Below, one piece after another: positions 54,724-64,000 of a stretch of 64,000 bases of DNA. A program made the translations under genes and the position numbers. The notes below the pieces were generated by a model that was not told where the DNA came from, did not search any database, and worked only from the letters and a program-made list of their open reading frames with translations. Numbering within the stretch: position 1 is the first letter of the stretch; every line of letters starts with the position of its first letter. Source of the stretch: Paraspadella gotoi (Eukaryota > Animalia > Chaetognatha); the NCBI GenBank assembly GCA_051294375.1, contig CM119267.1:11791553-11855552 (forward strand). Reading direction: 5' to 3'.

Positions 54724-56590
54724 TTAATTTTTGCATTGGGGTGGAGGGAGAGGTTTTTCCACTACGATTTTGTTTCTCGTTTCCAATCCACCACACATCT
54801 GTGAAGAGTAACGGAAAGGATAAGTTTTTATGTAACCTTACCTCGCGTTCAAAGCGAAACTGGGTCTTCAAAAATACATACCTCGTGTTGACCGCGATCC
54901 GAGTCGACGAACCGCTGCAGGTCTTCGACCATTTCGTCGTTCCACTCTAGATTGTCGGCCAAAGTGATCAATCGATCAATTTGGGTTCGCCAGTGGTTAC
55001 CTTTGAGCTTCTCGGCGGCTCGTAGACCCTCCGGCTTAATTCTGCCTTGCCTGAGGCGGAAGAATTGATATATTAATAACTTGGGTGTTTAACGAAAACG
55101 ATATGATTCCCACCAAATAAACGAATCGGTCTCACATGGCCCAATAGTTGACCCACGATCCGTGATCCAACAAGTTCGTCGTCGACGAGGTGCACATGGA
55201 CAGGTCCATCTTAGGATAGTAGCTGAAAAAGTGCAAGCACATCTCCTCGCGGGTGCCGTTGCCGCCCCACGTGGGTCGAGATCGATCGCGGGTGCTGTAG
55301 TGACAGGTGGAGATGAGTTCGTCTCCGGGAAGGAGGAGGCGCTCGCGGCTGAAGCGACGGCTCTAAGCGGCATCGAGGGAAAATAACAAATGGAGGTGGG
55401 CGTTTGGAAAATAAGCTTTCGTAGGTACGATTAATTATTAGTTTGCCACGAAAAAATAAGTGCAATATGGCAACTGGGGGACATGTGTGATGCCCGGGGT
55501 GTGAGGCACTTCCCGACAGCTGGCGTTCCGGGCTTTGGACTTTATATTAATCATATCATATCATGTCAAATACATGTCATATATATGTAATGAAATATTA
55601 CTTAAATATGTACTGTCGCTTCCATTTCTTTTCAATGCATTTACGTTTCAGGACATCTGCATCTATAACATTAGAGAAAAATATAATCAAGTGAAATTCG
55701 ATTTATTTGCGGGTTGTAGTTCTTTACTGTACATTCACCACATAATTGGAAACGGATTCAAAATCTATACAAATCCTCACAAAATCCCCACAAAATTCTC
55801 CCAATTATAAATGCTCAAAAAACCTGTTGATAGTCGAAGTCGTAGTAGTCGTCCTTCCCCATGGGTTCGAGCTCGACGCCATCTCGAATGTGACGCACCA
55901 CCATCTTCGTCCCCGCGAGATGCGCGTGCAAGAACACCTCGAAAACGTGCACGCCCTCTTTGGGAATTCGGTATTTCGTGCACGACTTCGAGCAGTAGGA
56001 ATCCACGCTGTTAGAAAATAAGGACGCGGGAACGAATTTTAATGGGTATTTCTTTATTTAGAATATTATAGTTAATATTCAGTTAAAATACTATATTAAG
56101 TATGATATTGCAAATAATCTCATTTGCATCTCATCTCATCTCATTTTCATCTCATTTGCATATAGCTGTAAATTATGTAAAAAAAATATTTGTTTTCATT
56201 TATTTTTTCGCTAAAGGTCATTGTTATTATTTTCAAGTCATCAAAAGTAATATTAAGGTTAAGAAATTTTGTTCTTAACCAACCTTCCCTCAATCTCACC
56301 GAAAATCGTCGACTCTCGGTGGAATCAGCATCGGAAAAAAGTTGGTGAGAGGAACTCCGACCATAAGAATTCCCGCCTCGTATTTTCTCAAATCCGGGGT
56401 CAGGATGATGCGCATCCCTGAAAATGGGGAGAAGGTGAGGCGAGGGGTAAGTCTATGGGGTTTCTGCGTCGTTGTTGTTGTTGTTGGACAGTCGCCGTCT
56501 CACCCGATTCGTCGTGAATGTCTTCTTTGAGTTCGGGATTGTCGTAATGCGTCTCCACGACCATGTAACTGGGATGGGAAGTAACTAGTT

Positions 56591-56666
<76 letters not shown>

Positions 56667-58967
56667 CTCTCTTAGTTGGATATCCGGCCACGGCTGGATA
56701 ATCGTTCGGACCCTGACCAATGGCCCACGCCGAGATCAAATTCCTAACGTCCGGTTTAGATGTAATTAAATAATTAAAGCAACACTAACAGTTTTTAAAA
56801 TTAAATGACGCGTTTACTAAATCGACCGTCGGACCGAACCTCCTGCAACTCTCGAAATCGACGGGCATGTTGGGATCGTCGCATTCTCCACCCGGATGTG
56901 ACTCGTTCCACTTGGAACCAGGCTTGTAGGAATCGTCGCATTCGTAGACCACGAAGTGATGAACCACTCCTGAATGAATCGAGCAAATTAATTACATTAA
57001 TTTTATTAAGAAAATTAAGTAAAATGAATTAAATTTGAATCAAATCACACAATCGATAAAATCAATGAAATCCATCATAATATCAATCGAACCAATCGGA
57101 TTAAATCAATTCAATCGATAGCAATTAAAATTGAAAAGTGAAAGAAAATCGATGGAGCTGCTCTAGGCTTACCTTCGTTGCCCGGAGTGATGATAGCTTC
57201 GGTCCGGATGATGTGATGCGGCGTGTCGTTGAGGTGAGGCAGGGGAAACATCCGGCAATGATAGTAGGTAGATTTTGCCGGAAGAGTCACGTTGCTCCGG
57301 AAATCGAGGTGGATTCGGCGTTCGTGTTTCGGCGGCGCTGGTAGTCGTAAAACATATTTATTAATCATTATTAAACGTTATTAAACATCATATAGCGGTA
57401 ATAGACGTTATTAAACATCATGAAGCATGATTAAACGTCATGAAAAATATTTCAGCAAGCATTATAAAACTTTATGACATTACGTTACGACATTAATGGT
57501 TATTAGACGTTAAATGTTAAATGTCTTGAAGCGTCATTTCTCTTACGATATTCCGCTCACTTATTTTCATTTCTGGTTCCCCAACGAGGATGCTGGACTT
57601 GACGCCGCGCTTGAGATGCTTCTTCGCCGATCGAACTTCCGTCTCGATGTCGGGATTCTCGTCGGAAGAGGCAAACATGACGCGGACTGTCATGCCTTCC
57701 TGGAAACGAAATCGGAAGGGAAAGTGGGACGGTTAAACTGAATGTTTTTATGCTGAACCTCGTCTTAAATATCAATATTTGCTTAGCCTCAGAGGCTCAT
57801 ACTCATCAGCGTGTACTTTAAACTACATAAATAATATTAAATTAAAACATAAGGAAAACGCGTATATTTTGCTTAACCATAATTCAGTAACCATAATTTT
57901 TTTACAAAAAAAAATGTTTAAGTTTAAGTATCTTAAAGCCTTTTTCTCTCATTGATTGAATCCATATCATATAATTTTATTCTCTCCATAAATATGGAAA
58001 TTTCACGCTTTTTCATCCGCGTAAACTTATCGGATTTGACCTCATCTGATTTTATTTTTAGTCGAGACTTCCTCTTTCCCTCCTTTTCTATCTTTGTCTT
58101 CTTCCTCTCATTTTTCCCTCTTTCCCTCCTTTTCTATCTTTGTCTTCTTCCTCTCATTTTTCCCTCTTTCCCTCCTTTTCTATCTTTGTCTTCTTCCTCT
58201 CATTTTTCCCTCTTTCCCTTCTTTTCTATCTTTGTCTTCTTCCTCTCATTTTTCCCTCTTTCTCTCCATCCCTTCTTGTATTCACTTCGATGGCGAAGTC
58301 GTCGTCGTCACAGGGTCTTCTACTTCTCTTGAATGTCACCGCGATCCAGTCTCCCTCTCTCCTCCCGTCCAACAACTCGTAAGTGGCGCCTCCTTTGTTA
58401 GGATCGAGGACGGGCGTTCGATCCCCCACACCGTGCATGTCTCTGAGTTGTGGACTTCCGGACGAGTCGATCCACATCATCACCAGATCCGCGCCTTACG
58501 AGGAGTAAAATTGACTTTTTATGTTTCCTTTATTTGGTAGCATTAGTATTGATTAATATAGCTAAATGTCCCAAACTCTCTAATTGAACATTTTCATCGA
58601 TGATGATAAAAGTTAATTTTTCATTTGAAACTATTAAATGACATAGGTACTGAAATTATGTTGACCCTACGTTAACGCGACTATATGCAAATGAGATTGA
58701 CGAGATTTAAGAATTAAAATGGGAGAAGAATAACAACGATTTCTGGACAAAAAGGAACCCGAGCAGGTGCCATTGACAGGAGGAAAATCGGAAAATCTGA
58801 GACGGATTCGTTGCTCGTTGTTTTAGGCAATTTTTACAATTTGTCTTGGGGTAAAGAAACAAAAAAACAAAAGACAATTCGATTCTTTGATATGCGTCAG
58901 ATTCAATTCCCTATTTCCTCTCCCACATTTTCTCAATTCAGAGACACAACTTCTGGTAATGAATGAA

Positions 58968-59019
<52 letters not shown>

Positions 59020-61108
59020 TGTCTCTTTATTCTTTAAATCTTCTTTGACTTTTCGCGCTTCCATATGCGCCTCCACGTTTTCGTGAAGGACGGCCGTCAT
59101 CGTCCGAGTCCTTGCCTCCGTAAACACGATGGTCGTTGTTGTTATTCCCAGTCGTTGTCCTTGAGCTCCAAGTCTTGGTCGTCGTTGTCTTTCTCGTCGC
59201 CCTTTTAGTTTTAATCGTCGTCGTCGTCGTCGTCGTCGTCATCGGCAAATGATGAGATAAAAAGCAAACATCTGTCAAAGCGTTTCATCGCAATCTCGAT
59301 TTAAAACTTTCTGGATTAAATCATTGTTGTTTCGCAACATGGAACGACACGATAAAGGATTACTTTGGTGAGGTTTAAACAGGAATTATTTAGTAAACTT
59401 TATTGTATGATGGAAAAATTCAAAGGACTAAAATGCGAAAAACTTCAGTGTAATTGATGATAGCCCAAACCGCCCAAAAATGACAATTTTTTTTTCGCAT
59501 AATCAATGAATTTTCTTCTTTCGAAAGAAAAACAAAAGTTAAAAAAAAAACAAACAGTTGAGGTGAAATACAAACAAAACCTCATGAAATACAAACTTAG
59601 TGACAAAGACAAAAGGGAAAGCGAAGCTACCCCTGAGCCAAATCGACTGATACAAAAGAAAAATTAATTATACGTAAACTATATGCCATTAAATAAAATT
59701 TGTGGTACTATGAAAGTTGCAAAATTATTTGTTTTACTATCTTTATTAATTTTTTTTATATTTGATAGAAATATAATTGACGTTTTTAAAATGTTCCAAA
59801 CATTACTTAAAAATGTGTTTAAAAATAATAATTCTCAAAATACTTTCCAAACAAGTAAAAAAAAAAAATCGGCATCGTTTGAAAAAAAATATTATTCTCC
59901 ATGAAGCAAATAACATTGTCCAAAAGCAATTCTAATTTTTCATCATTACAAAAGTCGTTCCAGCTCCCATACCTTTCCAGTGATGTATCACTACTAAAAA
60001 ATATTCACAGGTTGGAACCTCAGGATGGCTAAGTCATACGCCCACTTCTGGAACTGTTTTTTCTATAAAAATTAGGTTACATGCAGTAGAAGCTGTGATG
60101 CACTGACCACTCTATCTTGCTTCAACTACCTATACTTTAAAATTGATCATTGTCTTTCCATAACCCACTCCTGCTTTTTCACTTTTTCCAGGAAAGACAG
60201 TGGGTACCATCTTCATCTTGCCAATAATTCCTTTGGCACAGACAAGGATTCTTGGTCATGGTTAATAACCATGACCAAGAATCCATTGGTTATGTCAGCC
60301 TGCCAAAATTATTTCAATAAAGACTGGAGCGTCACCTTCCCAGGCACCAAAAAGTTTATGGACTTTGTAAAAGTCTTAAAAAGTCTTAAAAACCTAATGA
60401 AACAACTTGGCGATGATAACACCTTTGCTGGAAAATATATTTAAAGTTGTTAATGATGATTAATTAAAATAAAAATTATATATAAAAACGCCAAAAATTT
60501 ATCTACCAAATAAAAAGATTTAATTGAGTCTATCTCAATACAGTAAAATACGGCATTTTGTCTCATTGGATTTGGTTCACGGGGTAATTTCAGTGATCGT
60601 AAAGCATCGTCTTATTCTTCTTCGTCGGCGTCGGCGTCGGCGTCGTTGTCGTTGTTGTCATTATTTTTTTTCACAACTCTCACCTTTCATGCGTCCGTTG
60701 GCGCTGAACCCTATACCCGCCCAACCAAGAGTCTTGCAGTGAACTTCACATGTGATGCTGCTTTTATCGAATTTCCAATGCAGATAGTACTCTCCTAAAT
60801 ACAGAAGTATCGATTAATATACGTCCTAATCGCCAAGCTTCGAGCGGCAAACTAAATTATGTATTATTTACTACATTTTGGTGATTCTCACCATCTTCGT
60901 CCAAATCTATGTTGTGCGTTAAGCCGGGAGTGACCGTCATAGGCGATAAGGACCTAAGTATAAATAACAAATATATCAAAAGATCCTCTTTAAGACATTT
61001 CCAATCTTTCTACTTTCAAATCAACTATTTCGCTAAGACTTACTCAACTCCCATAAAAAATAAGACAGAGGCGACGACGAAAGTTAGTGTTTTTGCCGAG
61101 GTCGTCAT
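54724..61108 (-). CDS. MOXD1: DBH-like copper monooxygenase (MOXD1 family): signal peptide, DOMON and Cu-II monooxygenase N/C domains
   Basis: ATG at 61108 (MTTSAKTLTFVVASVLFFMG). DOMON YYLHW...GWAGIGFS...MKGADLVMMW. CuH ligands VHHFVVYEC and ETHYDNP; CuM ligands LHAHLAG and TREEMC; also AWAIGQG and YDFDYQ. About 14 exons in phase; last exon 54798-54724. Paralog-level naming is uncertain. Confidence 0.88.
58072..58262. repeat. 46-bp pyrimidine-rich tandem repeat, ~4 copies, next to a MOXD1 donor site
   Basis: Unit tctttccctccttttctatctttgtcttcttcctctcatttttccc repeated almost perfectly. Confidence 0.9.
60246..60284. repeat. Perfect palindrome, 19-bp arms with a 1-nt spacer
   Basis: ggattcttggtcatggtta-a-taaccatgaccaagaatcc. 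Confidence 0.9.
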
Positions 61109-62582
61109 CGTCGTGATTCTTTTCTGATTCTTAAAACTTTTTTTCGAAGCAAATTTAACTTTTTTTTTGTATTCGAAAGGATAAAACGATATCGCGACTT
61201 GAGTTTTTCTGTTTACTTTTTTTTTTCAGTGAATTTTTTTAAAAAGAATTTGCAAGAACAGGTTTGAGTATCTGTCAAGGGTTTTTTCAGTTCAGTCTTT
61301 AATTTAGAATCTTGAGTAAGTAATTCGTGATGTACGAAAAACCGGTTATCGTCGCTGAAGAAAGAAAACGAAAGAAGCAGATTTACCAATTGAAACTGAA
61401 AAAAAAAAAACCAGGATGTCGAAGGAACAATGAAAACAAAAGAAAAAGAATGAGAAAAGACGATTGAAGATTTATCGTGAAGAGGAAAAAAACTGTTTCT
61501 CGTTTTAGCGGATTTTCCAAAGTCGTTTTCATTCCTTGTTTGCGATGGAATTGCTAGAATTTATTTATTTTTTTTTTCAAATTATCGGTAAAATATGATT
61601 CGATTGTTTTTATTTCAAAAATAAAAACTGGTTTAGTATAGGCACGAAATCGTTGGTTCGTTGGTTGGTCGTCATCGTCGTTTTCGTCGTCGTCTGCTTC
61701 GGTCTAGTTCGTGCACGAACATACCTCCGAAGAGTGAGAACGAGCGACCCTATCCGACCCTACCCGTCGCCGCTGCCAAGAGCGCAAATTAGAATCAACA
61801 GCCGCTCCCTTTAAAACGAAGAGACAGACTTACTCATTATGCATTTTTGTACATTTGCATGGAATGCATCAGCGGCGAACGGGTGATGGATCGTCTTTCC
61901 AAATTCGCACTTACATGAACTTGTTTCGTGTCTCACTGTTAAAACACCGAATGCGTTGCTTTTGACCGTTTAATATATTAGACGAAATTCCCATGCCTCG
62001 CTGTCACAGTGTTTCAAGAAGGAATGATCCAAATCAATAATTAATATCAAGCACTTTTTTTCAACTATTTATTGTGTTTTAACTTTCTTTTCGTTGCGTT
62101 TGGAATTTAGAGAAAACAGAGTTTTATTTGTTTTCTCTAAACTACTTATTTATTTATGTATTCATAAATAAAAGCATCTATATATTGGAATACGAAATCT
62201 TGATTCGTGTACGTCTCTTGTCACTTATATAAATAAATATGAAAATTTTCTCTATCAATCATAAAAAAGAAGTTAAAACTTAAGTCTTTAAAGATTGCGG
62301 AATAATAAAGCTAAAAATGCTACTATAACTACCTTTCTCCTATCTCAAAAATGAACGAAATTTTGCGAATGAACGAGTAATTTTTTGTAATGATGCCATG
62401 ATTAATAAACATTAAACAAAGATCGTCAGTCAACCATTAAGTCTAACTGAGACATTGCACAACCAAATCTTTACAATGAAGAGGTATGAAATTGGTGCTG
62501 AATCTGGACTCGAGGCAGCTCGACCGCAGAACTTTTCTACGTCTTTCCATTCGACGCCTAAGTTGGCGCATTAGTTTCCGGT

Positions 62583-63124
62583 TCAATTGGCATAGTGACC
62601 ATTTGGCTGGTTGTTGGCTTTCTTGTATTCATTGACTTCATCGGCGTCTTCCTCCACCAGTTTGTTGTGGACATCCATGAGACCTGAGGAAAAGAATTTA
62701 GTTAAGGTGATGGCAAAAGATCGCGAAAGATGTACGCAAACGCAAATACTAAACAAGCGCGTATTACAAGAGATATATTCATCAAAATAAATTAATATAA
62801 GTTATATTGTATACACACAACAGCAGTTAAAATCATGTACTACTGATCGAATCTCACACTACGACCTCAGACTTTTGCCACTGTAAGTAAAAGAAAAATG
62901 GGTTCACGAATCAGTTAACTAATATGAAACGATTAAAAGCAGTGAAATAAATATACAAGTGCTTTTAGTTAAACCGATCACGAATTTCTGACTAGAAACT
63001 TGAAACTCACCTTTGAAGTATTTGACGGTTTTGACTCTGAGTTCCAACGTCGCGTCTTCGTCGCACACGAACGTCGCCTTCGGGTGCAACTGGAACGCGC
63101 TCACCGTCCACATGTGATTCACGC
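62583..63124 (-). CDS. GNPDA: Glucosamine-6-phosphate deaminase, last two coding exons (5' part outside the window)
   Basis: Exon 63124-63011 [39 protein letters not shown] and exon 62683-62583 LMDVHNKLV...stop match the eukaryotic GNPDA C-terminus. Confidence 0.95.
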
Positions 63125-63950
63125 CTGCGCGCGGAAGGAAAAGGTGTGAAATCTCGGTTGAACAAAGTGACAAAAGTGATGAGTGAAACTTCGAATCGGA
63201 AAAAGCCGTCGCGTTACGGGTTAACCCTCTCGCATCAAAAGTTAAGAATTTGAATAAGGCGTAAAATGTATGCAAATTGAAAAGGAAGAATGGGAAATAT
63301 CTGATTTAAAGCTCGAATAAGTACGCCGAGACTTATTACTTACAAAGAAGATAATAAAAACCCAAACGGTTTACTTAAATTTCTCAGAAAAAGAGTTTGT
63401 ACAATATACAATTTACATAGGACTTTAAAAAAGGAAAGCGTAAGCAAGGAGAGCTGGAAGTGAAAGTATAGCAGTAAAAGTGAGTGATGAAAGTTGGGAG
63501 AGAGGCGCGAAGTGAAGACGAGAAAGAACTGGCATCAAAATCGTAATCCTCGAAGATTGGAAATCATGAAAAAACTGAGCGAACTGAAGATTACAGAAAG
63601 AAAAATGATGATTATTTTTTTCCCGAAAAATATGAGCGACTTTGAACGGTGAAGGAAGAAAGTCGGGCGTGGAAATGGAAAAGAAGTTAGAATGGAAAGA
63701 GGGCAGAAAATTATGAGTGGGAAAAAACAAAAGATTTGAAAAAAAAATGGAAACAAAAGTTTGAAGGTTCGGAGACGAAAGATGGCGATGAAGATTTTGA
63801 GATGAGAAAAGTAAACCAAAGAATTTTGATGAAGCGAAAACGAATTAAGAAATTAGAAGAGATTAGAGAAAACTCGGGAAAGTGTATAAAGTATAAAGCA
63901 TATAATTAAGATTAATGAATAACGATTAACGATTAACATCGTCGCGATAT

Positions 63951-64000
<50 letters not shown>

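Noticed and set aside
60604-60680. Hydrophobic plus-strand stretch (SIVLFFFVGVGVGVVVVVVIIFF) as the missing K2P TM4
   Set aside because: It derives from gtcggc/gttgtc simple repeats, is preceded by an in-frame stop, is out of phase with the nearest acceptor and lacks the WIxxGL motif.

Overview
Intron-rich, AT-rich genomic DNA from an invertebrate animal. Exons are GC/CpG-rich, (GA/CT)n microsatellites are very dense, and there is one 10-N assembly gap. Seven spliced genes were reconstructed by hand from GT-AG junctions and reading frame. (1) A PAS-A/PAS-B/PAC protein (+, 5752-18344) with a CLOCK exon-19-like coiled coil but no recognisable basic-HLH. (2) LRRC9 (-), carrying an ART/PARP-like domain inside one 2.5-kb exon. 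(3) CEP164 (+), head-to-head with LRRC9 across a promoter containing RFX X-box motifs. (4) A minimal FH1-FH2 formin with no N-terminal regulatory region. (5) A K2P potassium channel whose TM4 exon could not be found in the window. (6) A MOXD1/DBH-like copper monooxygenase (-). (7) The 3' end of GNPDA (-). Introns hold several non-autonomous elements: a TIR element, a foldback, an inverted pair of tRNA-derived SINEs, HINE-like repeats and candidate solo LTRs. They also hold a fragment with split hammerhead-like motifs and an unexplained ~550-nt highly structured GC-rich island. All family assignments rest on remembered motifs, not database searches, and terminal exons are the least certain.
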